Assembly (NCBI GenBank): GCA_035294265.1
Contig: DATGLK010000103.1
Span: 10,603 to 74,602 of the forward strand
Direction: 5' to 3'
Origin: Candidatus Binataceae bacterium
Lineage (GTDB): Bacteria; Desulfobacterota; Binatia; Binatales; Binataceae
DNA length: 64,000 nucleotides
Every line of letters starts with the position of its first letter. Position 1 is the stretch's first letter. Of this stretch, positions 47,573 to 57,083 are shown in pieces. The notes beneath the pieces are model-generated. The model worked only from the letters and a program-made list of their open reading frames with translations. It had not been told where the DNA came from and searched no databases. A program made the translations under genes and the position numbers.

Positions 47573-50500
47573 TCAGAGCGGTGCCACCGAAGGGGAGCCA
47601 GTTTGTTGACCGCGCAATTGCACCGCGCCGGGTGCCAGCAACTGTTCCACTTCGCCGACAAAGCTTTCGGTCGGCGCGACTCGAAAGTCATTGCCAAGCA
47701 AAAACACCGCTTCCCGCACCGCATCCAGCTCCAAATGCAGATATATCGGACAGGCTCCGCCGTGACGCGCTAGCAGCGCGCGGAACCCCGAGCGCGAGGC
47801 CGCGCTCTCCAGGCGCGCCTTGGGCGCTCGGATGTGCACCTCACGCACGCTCTCAGCCAGGGCCTGGGTCAGGGGTTTGAGCTCGTCCAGTAGGATTTGT
47901 GCACGCTCCTCGCCGATATCCAGCTTGCCGCGTGCCACTACCGGCTCGCCGCAGTGGATCGCCGCTTCGTTGCGCTGATAAGTCTCGGGCCAGGCGATAA
48001 TCTCAACCGCCCCTTGAAGGTCTTCCAAGGTGAAGGTGGCGTAGCGCTTGCCCTGCTTGTTGTTCTTGAGCTTGAGCGATTGCACCACGCCCACCACCGC
48101 GACCTGCTTGCCATCGGGTACGCTGGCCAAATCTGCGCAGGTAAGGTCGGTCAAGCGGCGAATGTCACGCTCGTACTTGTCCAGCGGATGGCCGGTGACG
48201 TAAAAGCCCAACGCCTCTTTCTCCGCCGCCAGCCGCTCTTTGACCGTCCACGGCTTCACCGCATGACGTGGGGCCCGCGCACTGACCGGCAAACTGCCGA
48301 ACAACCCCATCTGGTTGGCCGCAACCGCCTCACCCTGGCGTTGGGCTGCCCGCAGAGCTTCGTCGATCTCGGCCACGCTCTCGGCCCGTTCGCTGCCGGT
48401 GGAATCGAACGCCCCGCATTTGACCAGCCCCTCCAACACCCTGCGATTGACCTGCTGCGGATCAACTCGCACGCATAGCTCGGACAAGCTGGTGAACGGC
48501 CCTCCCGCCTCGCGCGCCGCGATTATCGCCTCGGCCGCCTTCTGGCCCACCCCGCGAATCGCGCCCAACCCGAACCGAATCCCCTCCGGCGCCACCGTGA
48601 ACTTGAGCCGGCTTTGGTTGACGTCAGGAGGCAGTAGCTTTATCCCCATTTCGCGCAACGCCGCGATATTCTTGTAGGTCTTGTCGACGTCGTCCATTTC
48701 CAACGAGGTCAGGGCGGCCATGAATTCCTGCGGATAATGGGCTTTAAGGTAAGCGGTGGTGTAGGTGGTCAAGGCGTAGGCCGCCGCGTGCGAGCGGTTG
48801 AAACCGTAGGAGGCGAAGGTCTCGATCTGTTCGAAAATGCTTTGCGCGGTGGCCGCATCCACACCGTTGGCGCGTGCCCCCTCGATAAAGCGCGCGCGCT
48901 CCTGCTCCATCACATCTTTTTTCTTTTTGCCCATCGCGGCGCGCAAAATGTCGGCCTGCTCCAGACTGTAGCCCGCCAGCGCCTGCGCCACCCGCATCAC
49001 CTGTTCCTGATAGATGATCACGCCGTAGGTGTCCTTCAGCACCTCCTCGAGCAGCGGATGCGGGTACTTGACCGCCTCCCGGCCATGTTTACGCTCGATA
49101 TACGGCTCGACCATTCCGGCGTCCAGCGTGCCGGGTCGGAACAGTGAAATCGCGGCGATTACGTCCTCGAAATTGGAGGGCTTGAGGTCAGTCAGGAAGC
49201 GGCGAAAGCCCGAACTCTCCATCTGGAACACGCCCACCGTGTCGCCACGCGCCAAAACTCGATAGGTGTCGGGATCGTCCAGCGGCATCCGCTCTAACTC
49301 CAGCGCCGGCTTGCCGTTCTCGACGATCAGCTGCAGCGTGTCCCGAATCATCGTCAGGTTCTTGAGCGCCAGGAAGTCAAACTTGATAAGCCCGATGTCC
49401 TCGATGTACTTCATCGAGTACTGGGTGATCGCCGGCGCCCCTTCGCTGCGCTCCTTGTCGGCGTACAGCGGAACCATCTCTTCCAGCGGGCGATCGGCGA
49501 TCACTACCCCGGCGGCATGGCGCGAGGCATGCCGCAGCAGCCCCTCTAGTTTGAAGGCGAACTCAAACAGCTCGGGATGGCGCTCGCGCTCTTCGCGCAG
49601 CCGCGGCTCCATCTTTAACGCCTCTTCCAAGGGGAAATCTCGCCCCTGCTTGGGCGCGGGATAAAGCTTGACGATCCGATCGGTCTCGGCGAACGAAAGC
49701 CCCAGCACCCGGCCCACGTCGCGAATCGCCTGTTTGCCCTTGATCGTGCCGAACGTGATGATCTGGGCCACTCGATCCTCGCCGTATTTGGCCCGCACAT
49801 AATCGATCACCTGGTCGCGCCGTTCGAAACAGAAATCCACATCGATATCGGGCATCGACTTGCGCCCCGGATTGAGCCAACGCTCAAACAACAGCTTATG
49901 CTCGATCGGATCCAGTTCCGTGATGTACAGCGCATAAGACACCAGGCTGCCGACCACCGAGCCTCGCCCTGGCCCCACCGGTATCCCGCGCTTGCGTGCG
50001 AAGTCGATAAAGTCCGTGACGATCAGCATATAGCCCGAGAAGCCCATCTCGCGAATCACCGGCAACTCGCGCTCCAGTCGGGCCCAGTACGGAGCTTCGT
50101 CCACCGCGCCGCGCCGCGCTTTAATGGCTTGCAGTCGTCGTTTCAGTCCCTCGCGCGTGCGCTCCTCCAACAGCTCGTCCAGATTCCGCTCGGCGGGAGC
50201 CTCGTAGCGAGGAAAATGGAACTTGCCAAACTCGAATTCAAAATCCACCTGCCGCGCGATCTCCAGGCTGTTGGCAAGCGCCTCGGGTAGCTCGGAAAAC
50301 GCCGCCGCCATCTCCGCCGGGGTCTTGACGTAGAGTTCGTCGGTGTCGAAGCGCCAACGACTTTCGTCGGCCAGGGTCTTGCCGGTCTGAATGCACAGCA
50401 AGACTTCGTGGGCACGAGCGTCCTCACGATGGAGGTAGTGGCAATCGTTGGTGGCTACGACGGGCAAACCGACTCGGCGCGCAATCTCAAGTAACGCTTC

Positions 50501-51073
50501 ATTATAAGGGCCGTGCAGTTTGTTATCTTGCAGCTCGATATAAAAACGGCCCGGAAAAATCCGCGCGTACCAGCGCGCCACTTCCAGCGCGCGCTCGGTA
50601 TGACCGGCGCGCAACGCGCGCGCCAATTCGCCCGACAGGCAGCCTGACAACGCGATCAGCCCTTCCGACCATTCGGCCAGAATTTCCTTGTCGATGCGCG
50701 GCTTGTAGTACAAGCCCTCGCGATAGGCCGCCGTCAGCAGGCGGCAAAGGTTCTGATAACCCTGGCGGTTTTGCACCAGCAGGATGAGATGGTAGTTGCC
50801 ACCCCCATCGACGTCGTCGGCCTTGGGGGTAAGCGTACGGTCGGTGCGCTTGCCCGGCGCCAGGTACGCTTCGCAACCGATGATCGGCTTGATCCCACGT
50901 TCCACCGCCTTGCGGTAGAACTCTACTGCCCCAAACATGTTGCCGTGATCGGTGATCGCCATTGCCGGCATCGCGCTGCGCTTGGCGTAGTCCAGCAGCG
51001 GCGCCAGCTTGTTGGCACCATCGAGCAGACTGTACTGGGTATGGACATGTAGATGGGCAAAACTCATAGCCAC
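47573..51073 (-). CDS. dnaE: DNA polymerase III alpha subunit
   Basis: HLHVHTQYSLLDG PHP domain, TDHGNMFG, GPGRGS, PDIDVDF, GLIKFDFL, GVFQMES, FASYGFNRSH, OB fold. Confidence 0.98.
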   Translation of the reverse strand: MAMSFAHLHVHTQYSLLDGANKLAPLLDYAKRSAMPAMAITDHGNMFGAVEFYRKAVERGIKPIIGCEAYLAPGKRTDRTLTPKADDVDGGGNYHLILLVQNRQGYQNLCRLLTAAYREGLYYKPRIDKEILAEWSEGLIALSGCLSGELARALRAGHTERALEVARWYARIFPGRFYIELQDNKLHGPYNEALLEIARRVGLPVVATNDCHYLHREDARAHEVLLCIQTGKTLADESRWRFDTDELYVKTPAEMAAAFSELPEALANSLEIARQVDFEFEFGKFHFPRYEAPAERNLDELLEERTREGLKRRLQAIKARRGAVDEAPYWARLERELPVIREMGFSGYMLIVTDFIDFARKRGIPVGPGRGSVVGSLVSYALYITELDPIEHKLLFERWLNPGRKSMPDIDVDFCFERRDQVIDYVRAKYGEDRVAQIITFGTIKGKQAIRDVGRVLGLSFAETDRIVKLYPAPKQGRDFPLEEALKMEPRLREERERHPELFEFAFKLEGLLRHASRHAAGVVIADRPLEEMVPLYADKERSEGAPAITQYSMKYIEDIGLIKFDFLALKNLTMIRDTLQLIVENGKPALELERMPLDDPDTYRVLARGDTVGVFQMESSGFRRFLTDLKPSNFEDVIAAISLFRPGTLDAGMVEPYIERKHGREAVKYPHPLLEEVLKDTYGVIIYQEQVMRVAQALAGYSLEQADILRAAMGKKKKDVMEQERARFIEGARANGVDAATAQSIFEQIETFASYGFNRSHAAAYALTTYTTAYLKAHYPQEFMAALTSLEMDDVDKTYKNIAALREMGIKLLPPDVNQSRLKFTVAPEGIRFGLGAIRGVGQKAAEAIIAAREAGGPFTSLSELCVRVDPQQVNRRVLEGLVKCGAFDSTGSERAESVAEIDEALRAAQRQGEAVAANQMGLFGSLPVSARAPRHAVKPWTVKERLAAEKEALGFYVTGHPLDKYERDIRRLTDLTCADLASVPDGKQVAVVGVVQSLKLKNNKQGKRYATFTLEDLQGAVEIIAWPETYQRNEAAIHCGEPVVARGKLDIGEERAQILLDELKPLTQALAESVREVHIRAPKARLESAASRSGFRALLARHGGACPIYLHLELDAVREAVFLLGNDFRVAPTESFVGEVEQLLAPGAVQLRGQQTGSPSVAPL

Positions 51074-51181
51074 CCCTCCCGCGCCACTGCCACCTCGTCC
51101 GCGATAACACGCCGGCCGCGCCTACCGTGGCGCGGCCCAACTTCACGATCGTTCTTCGCCCCCATCGCGGGCGGCCTGCTC

Positions 51182-51841
51182 CTAACCCTTCTTGACCGGC
51201 GCCTCGCTGGCCGCCACCGCGGGCGCACCCTCGGCTGGGGCCGCTTCCGCTGCTGCCTCGGCCGGAGCGGGTGCCGCTTCGACCGTCGGCGGCAACACCG
51301 TTACGATGGGGTAATCGGTGTCGTACAAGGCCCGAATGTTGGCACCGAATTTGAGTGCCGAGACGTGGATCGCCTCGTGAATGCCGATTTCAGTCACATC
51401 CACCTCTACCGCCTCGGGGATCTCCAGCGGCAGACATTCCACCTCCACACTCCGCTCCAGCGGCTGCAGGATGCCGCCGTCGACCACCCCCTTGGCGCGA
51501 CCTGAAAAACGCAGCGGCACCGGCACCCGAATCTTGGCGTTGAGATCGACCTCATAAAAATCGGCGTGCAGCAGCCGTCCCGCCAGCGCGTCGCGCTGGA
51601 CCTCCTTGACGATCACATGGCGTCCGTCCAATTCCGCGGAGGCCGACTTCAAACGCAGCAGCCGCTGGCTGGTATTGCCCAACGCTCCCGCCTTTAGCCC
51701 CGCCGCTGCCACCGCGAGCGCGATGGGGCTGCGCTTGGGCCCGTACATAACGCCCGGCACTTGCCCCCGCCGGCGCAGTTCGCGCACCGCACCGCGCGTA
51801 GAAAGCGCGCGCGGCTCACAATTCAGTTCCAGTGTTTCCAT
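51182..51841 (-). CDS. rplY: 50S ribosomal protein L25/Ctc
   Basis: RELRRRGQVPGVMYG, VKEVQRD, LHADFY, VPLRFSG..KGVVDGG, IPEAVEVDV. Confidence 0.95.
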   Translation of the reverse strand: METLELNCEPRALSTRGAVRELRRRGQVPGVMYGPKRSPIALAVAAAGLKAGALGNTSQRLLRLKSASAELDGRHVIVKEVQRDALAGRLLHADFYEVDLNAKIRVPVPLRFSGRAKGVVDGGILQPLERSVEVECLPLEIPEAVEVDVTEIGIHEAIHVSALKFGANIRALYDTDYPIVTVLPPTVEAAPAPAEAAAEAAPAEGAPAVAASEAPVKKG

Positions 51842-51870
51842 AACTTCCCGCTCGGCGCCTGGGCGCCAAA

Positions 51871-52830
51871 TTAGTTGAACAGCGAGCTGACCGATTCCTC
51901 ATTATGAATCCGACGCAGCGCTTCCGCCAGCAGACCGGCGATCGACAGCACCCGGATGTGGCGCAGCTCGGCCTGCACCTTGGCCCGCAGCGGCACCGTG
52001 TTGGTGGTAATCACCTCAGCGACCGCGGAGTGGTTGAGCCGCTCGCAAGCCGGATCCGAAAGAATCGAATGGGTGGCGGCCACGATCACTTCGGCCGCGC
52101 CCGCCCCAACTACCACTTTGGCCGCTTCGGTGACCGTGCCGGCGGTATCGATCATGTCGTCCACCAGGATCGCGGTGGTATCACGCACCTCGCCCACCAG
52201 TTGCATCTCTGCCACTTCGCTGGCCCGCCGCCGGCGCTTGTCGATAATCGCCAGGTTGGCATTGAGCCGCCCGGCGAAAGCCCGTGCCCGCTCCACTCCG
52301 CCTGCGTCGGGCGACACCACCGTAATCCGCCGCCCCTCATGCCGCTTGCGCAGATAACCTATCAGCACCGGCATGGCAAAGAGATTGTCCACCGGAATGT
52401 TGAAAAAGCCCTGGATCTGCCCGGCATGCAGATCTACCGTCAGCACTCGCGAGGCGCCCGCCGTAGTCAATACATCAGCCACCACTTTGGCACTGATCGG
52501 GACGCGCGGGGCTACCTTGCGATCCTGGCGGGCGTAGCCGAAATAGGGCACCACGGCGGTGATCCGCTTGGCCGAGGCTCGCCGCAAGGCATCCATCAAT
52601 AGCAGCAGCTCCATCAGATTGTCGTTGGGCGGAGCGCAGATCGATTGCAGGACGAACACGTCACCCCCGCGCACGTTCTCGCGCACCTCCACCATCACTT
52701 CGCCGTCGGGAAAACGGCCTACTTCCGCCGCCCCCAGTCGCACCCCAAGCGCTTCGCAAACCTCGCGCGCCAACGCCGGGTTGGAATTGCCGGTGAAGAC
52801 TTGAATTTCGTCCTTTGCCCGCTCAGGCAT
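51871..52830 (-). CDS. prs: Ribose-phosphate pyrophosphokinase
   Basis: FTGNSNPALA, FPDGE, NDNLMELL, PYFGYARQDRK, DLHAGQIQGFF, VSPDAGGVERAR, VDDMIDTAGT. Confidence 0.98.
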   Translation of the reverse strand: MPERAKDEIQVFTGNSNPALAREVCEALGVRLGAAEVGRFPDGEVMVEVRENVRGGDVFVLQSICAPPNDNLMELLLLMDALRRASAKRITAVVPYFGYARQDRKVAPRVPISAKVVADVLTTAGASRVLTVDLHAGQIQGFFNIPVDNLFAMPVLIGYLRKRHEGRRITVVSPDAGGVERARAFAGRLNANLAIIDKRRRRASEVAEMQLVGEVRDTTAILVDDMIDTAGTVTEAAKVVVGAGAAEVIVAATHSILSDPACERLNHSAVAEVITTNTVPLRAKVQAELRHIRVLSIAGLLAEALRRIHNEESVSSLFN

Positions 52831-52869
52831 GATGTTGTCCGCAGCCCTTCAATGTCCTTGCCTCACAAG

Positions 52870-52945
52870 TGGCTGGGCGGGAAGGATTCGAACCTTCGAA
52901 TGCCAGGTCCAAAGCCTGGTGCCTTACCAGCTTGGCGACCGCCCA
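52870..52945 (-). tRNA. tRNA-Gln(UUG)
   Basis: TGGGCGGTCGCCAAGCTGGTAAGGCA-CCAGG-CTTTGGA-CCTGG-CATTC-GAAGG-TTCGAAT-CCTTC-CCGCCCAGCCA. Conserved position between ispE and prs. Confidence 0.97.
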
Positions 52946-53154
52946 GCATGCCACATCTTTACGCGACTGCGGTTCCCGGTTGGGCCCAGGGTCTTTCGAC
53001 TCGATCCAAGATACCGCCTTTGGACCGCTCTGCGCGACCCGTTGCTAACCCCGCCGTGGCGCTGCCTTGCGGCGTCCGTGCCGTCCCACTCATCAAGGAA
53101 TGTTGGGATGTTACGGACAGGGAATGATGTTGTCAATTATGAGCTATTACGCCA

Positions 53155-54024
53155 TCACCATGCGCTGATTGGCGGCGCCTGCTCGATCACCTTCGTTGCA
53201 TAGCAGCGGATGCCGTGCCCCACCCTCGCCATTCGCTGTGCCACGAATTCTGCGTGCTCCGGATCGCGGCACAAGCCAAAGACCGCCCCTCCACTACCCG
53301 ACATCAAAGCGCCCTGCGCCCCACATTCTTTGAGTTTCACTTTAAGTTCACCGATGATCGGATAGCGCTCCAGAGCGGGCCCTTCCAAATCGTTGACCAA
53401 TAAATTGGCCCATTCTCCTCGCTCTAGCTCCAGCCTGGCCGGCGCAGCTCCGCTCCAATGCTCGCGCCGCAAAGCCCCATAAATTTCGCGGGTGGAAACC
53501 TCGCACGGCGGCACCACGACCACCAGGGCGAGTTCCATCCCCCATCCCAGCGGCTCGACCAACTCCCCGATTCCGCCCACTCGCGCCGGCCGTGGCTCCA
53601 GAAAAAACGGCACGTCCGCACCCACCGCCACGGCCGCTTCGGCCAGCCGCGTGGCGGTCACTGGCAGCATTTTGGCTAACAGCCGCAGTACCGCGCCAGC
53701 ATCGCTGGAACCGCCGCCCAGCCCCGCGCCCACCGCTATCCGCTTACGCAGTTCGATTTCGACCCCTATCCGCTTGGTCTCGCCGCACAGACGCTGGGCC
53801 GCCCGCACCGCCAGGTTGCTGGAATCGCGTGGCAACTGCGGCCAGTCGCAGCGCAGCGTGATTTGCCCAGGGTCGGCGCTCACGCGCACCGCCACCTCAT
53901 CGTAAAGCGCGATCGGCAAAAAGACCGAGTCCAATTCGTGATAGCCGTCCGGGCGCCGCCCCGTCACGCGCAAAAACAGATTGATCTTGGCTGGCGCCAG
54001 GACCGTCAACCCGGCGGTGGTCAT
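53155..54024 (-). CDS. ispE: 4-diphosphocytidyl-2C-methyl-D-erythritol kinase
   Basis: APAKINLFLRVTGRRPDGYHEL, KRIAVGAGLGGGSSDA, GADVPFF, NDLE, LMSGSG. Confidence 0.97.
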   Translation of the reverse strand: MTTAGLTVLAPAKINLFLRVTGRRPDGYHELDSVFLPIALYDEVAVRVSADPGQITLRCDWPQLPRDSSNLAVRAAQRLCGETKRIGVEIELRKRIAVGAGLGGGSSDAGAVLRLLAKMLPVTATRLAEAAVAVGADVPFFLEPRPARVGGIGELVEPLGWGMELALVVVVPPCEVSTREIYGALRREHWSGAAPARLELERGEWANLLVNDLEGPALERYPIIGELKVKLKECGAQGALMSGSGGAVFGLCRDPEHAEFVAQRMARVGHGIRCYATKVIEQAPPISAW

Positions 54025-54407
54025 GAGGGATCGAGCCGCTGGGTCACGGCTCGACGGGTGTCATGCCGAATCGCCGCCAGGCAAGCTAGCAGCCCCAAGA
54101 TCACACCGGCGGCAAACAGTATTCGTCCGGTCAGATAGACCGCGTGATAAAAATCCATCTGGGCCGCGGCGTACGACACGTTGCGCCGATTTTGAATCAG
54201 TGGCGCCAACACCGCATCATCACTGCGTGCATCCAGCTCGTCGAAATTGCGATACTGTTCAGTCGCCGGCCGAACTTGCAAAAGCTCCAGCTTGCGCCGG
54301 TACTGGGTGGTTCCATTGAGCCCAACCAGCCAGTTACCGATTCCCAGCAACATCATGACCAAGGCGGTGACTATCCGCCAATTGCCGTAAAAGTCCGGAA
54401 GCTTCAT
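54021..54407 (-). CDS. Hypothetical membrane protein with two TM segments
   Basis: MKLPDFYGNWRIVTALVMMLLGIGNWLVG...LFAAGVILGLLACLAAI. Stop overlaps the ispE start. Start could lie upstream (ORF track gives 54575). Confidence 0.6.
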   Translation of the reverse strand: MKLPDFYGNWRIVTALVMMLLGIGNWLVGLNGTTQYRRKLELLQVRPATEQYRNFDELDARSDDAVLAPLIQNRRNVSYAAAQMDFYHAVYLTGRILFAAGVILGLLACLAAIRHDTRRAVTQRLDPS

Positions 54408-54557
54408 CCAAAAGGTTCGCCGCCCGCGCCTGGCCCGAGCATAAATCCACGCCGCCGATAACTCAACGCGCCGCTTGCCGGTTGCCGTCAGGGCAGCGCC
54501 GCGTCTATGATGGCGATAGCTGTAGGCGCGCCAATAGGCACGCAGGCCAGCTCCAAC

Positions 54558-55547
54558 ATGACGCCATCCCCGCAACTCGCCACCCCTGCGCTTGAGGAAC
54601 TAGAGCGGCGTTTTCGCGCCGGCGATAAATCCGCCTTGGCGCGCCTGATTACGCTGATCGAAAACCAGGACCCCAGGGTCGGGCAATGCATGGAGCGCCT
54701 ATATCCCTCGGCTCGCCGCGGCCATGTCGTGGGCATCACCGGACCGCCGGGTGCGGGCAAGTCCACGCTGATTAATCAACTGATCCAGACGATGCGCGGG
54801 GGCGACCAGCGCGTCGCGGTTCTCGCCATCGACCCGAGCAGCCCTTTTTCGGGCGGCGCTCTGCTGGGCGATCGAGTGCGGATGACCGATCATTATCGCG
54901 ACGAGGGCGTCTTTATCCGCAGCTTGGCTACACGCGGCGCCCCCGGCGGCCTCAGCCTGGCCACTCGTGAAGTCGTTCGGCTGCTCCAAAGTTTCAATTT
55001 CGATCGTATTCTGATCGAGACTGCGGGCGTAGGCCAGACCGAACTGGCTATAATGGACGTTGCCGAGACGACCGTGGTGGTGATGGTCCCCGAAAGCGGA
55101 GACGCCATTCAGGTCATGAAAGCAGGTTTGCTGGAAATCGCGGACATCTTCGTGGTCAACAAGGCTGACCGCGAGGGCGCGGCGCGCTTGCGTACCGAAT
55201 TGCTGGCCGAAGCAGCTCTGGGACCGGCGCGGCCATGGCAACCGCCTGTGCTCTTGACCCAGGCCAACCACGGCCTCGGCCTGGAACCGCTATTGGAGGA
55301 GATCGACCGCCATCGCGACTTCCTTCGCCACGCCACCTCGTGCGATTTCAACGAACGCTGCGCTGAGGAATTCTCCGCCGCAGTCCGCGCAACCTCCACT
55401 CGCCACGTGACGCAACTGCTCGCCGGGGCTCGCGCTCGCGGCTTACTCGACCAGGTCCGCGTTGGCCGCCTCAATCCCTATGCCGCGGCTCGGCTACTGC
55501 TGCAAGCAGTCGCGAACGAGGAGAGTCCAAACGATTGGCATGCCTAA
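54558..55547 (+). CDS. meaB: MeaB/ArgK methylmalonyl-CoA mutase-associated GTPase
   Basis: LARLITLIE, VGITGPPGAGKSTL, AIDPSSPFSGGALLGDRVRM, FIRS, IETAGVGQ, QVMKAGLLEIADIFVVNKAD. Confidence 0.93.
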   Translation: MTPSPQLATPALEELERRFRAGDKSALARLITLIENQDPRVGQCMERLYPSARRGHVVGITGPPGAGKSTLINQLIQTMRGGDQRVAVLAIDPSSPFSGGALLGDRVRMTDHYRDEGVFIRSLATRGAPGGLSLATREVVRLLQSFNFDRILIETAGVGQTELAIMDVAETTVVVMVPESGDAIQVMKAGLLEIADIFVVNKADREGAARLRTELLAEAALGPARPWQPPVLLTQANHGLGLEPLLEEIDRHRDFLRHATSCDFNERCAEEFSAAVRATSTRHVTQLLAGARARGLLDQVRVGRLNPYAAARLLLQAVANEESPNDWHA

Positions 55548-56268
55548 GCCCGCCACAGACGATCGCCTTCAAGCCCGCGGCCGACTGTTCGCAATCGGCG
55601 ACATCCATGGCTGCCCCGACGAGCTCCAGGCGGTGCTGCGCGCGGCTGACCCCTGTGCCACCGATACCGTGGTTTTCATGGGCGATTACATCGACCGCGG
55701 ACCGGCTTCGCGTCAAGTTATCGACCTCCTGCTGGAGTTCGCTCAAGGCGCCCATCGCACGGTCTTTCTCAAGGGCAACCACGAGGACATGATGCTGTCT
55801 TTTCTCGGTCTGCCCGGACGCTACGGCGATTCCTTTCTTATCAACGGCGGCTTCACCACTCTGCAGAGTTACGGCTTGAACGAAGCCGATTTGGACGATA
55901 CTCGCGCCCGCCTGCCTGCCACCCACGTCGAGTTTCTGTCCCAGTTGTCCACCAGCTATCGGCACGATCGTTTTCTGTTCGTTCACGCTGGGATTTCTCC
56001 GTTGCACTCGCTGGCCGAGCAGGACCCCGAGGACCTGATGTGGATCCGCCAGGAGTTTATCCTAAACCCCCATACCCTTGACCTGACCGTGCTCTTCGGT
56101 CACACCCCAGTGCGCGAGGTCCTGCTTGATCTACCCTACAAAATTGGCATCGACACCGGCTTGGTCTACGGCGGTAAGCTTACCTGCCTGGAACTGACCC
56201 AGGGGGAATGTCTGCAAGTCTCGCGCGGCAACCTCAAGGTTAAACGCCATCGGTTGACCCTGGCCTAA
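55540..56268 (+). CDS. Metallophosphoesterase (ApaH/PphA Ser/Thr phosphatase-like)
   Basis: IGDIHG, GDYIDRG, KGNHE, FVHAG, FGHTP, IDTG. Start overlaps the meaB stop region. Confidence 0.92.
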   Translation: MPKPATDDRLQARGRLFAIGDIHGCPDELQAVLRAADPCATDTVVFMGDYIDRGPASRQVIDLLLEFAQGAHRTVFLKGNHEDMMLSFLGLPGRYGDSFLINGGFTTLQSYGLNEADLDDTRARLPATHVEFLSQLSTSYRHDRFLFVHAGISPLHSLAEQDPEDLMWIRQEFILNPHTLDLTVLFGHTPVREVLLDLPYKIGIDTGLVYGGKLTCLELTQGECLQVSRGNLKVKRHRLTLA

Positions 56269-56411
56269 GTACTGGTGTCGCGCTCCTCAGTATCTGAAGC
56301 GGCGAATACCGGCATATCAGCTCGGCCTTGCGTTGGCGCCGCCGCTTCCCATACCGCGACCGGACCCTTCCTTACACATCCTGTACCGGCTAATCTGTCG
56401 GCTCTGGAAGT

Positions 56412-56488
56412 GGCGGCGTAGCTCAGTTGGTTAGAGCACGCGGCTCATATCCGCGGAGTCGTAGGTTCGAGTCCTACCGCCGCCACCA
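56412..56488 (+). tRNA. tRNA-Met(CAU), elongator type
   Basis: GGCGGCG/CGCCGCC acceptor (G1-C72 paired, so not initiator), CGCGG-CTCATAT-CCGCG anticodon arm, TTCGAGT T-loop, encoded CCA. Confidence 0.95.
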
Positions 56489-56895
56489 TCCATTGCCGCC
56501 AAGCGTCGAGCTTGACCGACCGCAGGAGCCCAGCACCCCGGTTCCATTGGGCAATATCGTCGAGGTGGAACGCAGTCAATTTTTTTGTCGATTGTCCGTA
56601 CAACATTAACCTCGATTCATGCGCGTCTTTGATCCGGGCAAGCAGCAAAACGAGCGAACACAGGCTATAACTAAACTAAATTGCTTTTCTTTCTATACCT
56701 GCTTATTTTTTGCCAGCGAAAAAGCTGCTGACGGCCATTGTTCTGCCCGTTGGCAAAGCCTACGATTTTAGTGCCGGCTGGCAGCTTTATCAGGGGAGAG
56801 CGGGTACTGTAGCCAATCCGAAACCGACGTCCCTGAGTACTTTGAATGAATCGAGTCGCTGGCACTCTTTTAATCGCTTTGCGCATGCCGTCACT

Positions 56896-56991
56896 GGAGT
56901 GGGTAGCTTAAATTGGAAGAGCACCGAGTGGTCCGCGGTCATTACCCCTGCTTACCCTCGGAAGATGCTGGTTCGATCCCAGCCCCCTCCC
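56896..56991 (+). ncRNA. tRNA-like element with an expanded 28-nt anticodon loop (pseudo-tRNA, intron-containing tRNA or novel ncRNA)
   Basis: GGAG(T)GGG/CCCCTCC acceptor, TA, GCTT-AAATTGGAA-GAGC D arm, A, CCGAG/CTCGG stem around a 28-nt loop, AAGAT variable region, GCTGG-TTCGATC-CCAGC T arm. Confidence 0.75.
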
Positions 56992-57083
56992 GCCCACTGC
57001 GGTTGCGCTCCCCAACAATGACAATCAAAGGGTTGGAGCACGGCCCCGATTAAGGCTATCGTCAGCCCACGGGACAAGCTCCG

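Noticed and set aside
56896-56991. tRNA-Sec or allo-tRNA
   Set aside because: There is a UCA in the loop and 8 nt on the 5' acceptor side, but no long variable arm and no 8-bp acceptor pairing, and the D arm is canonical.
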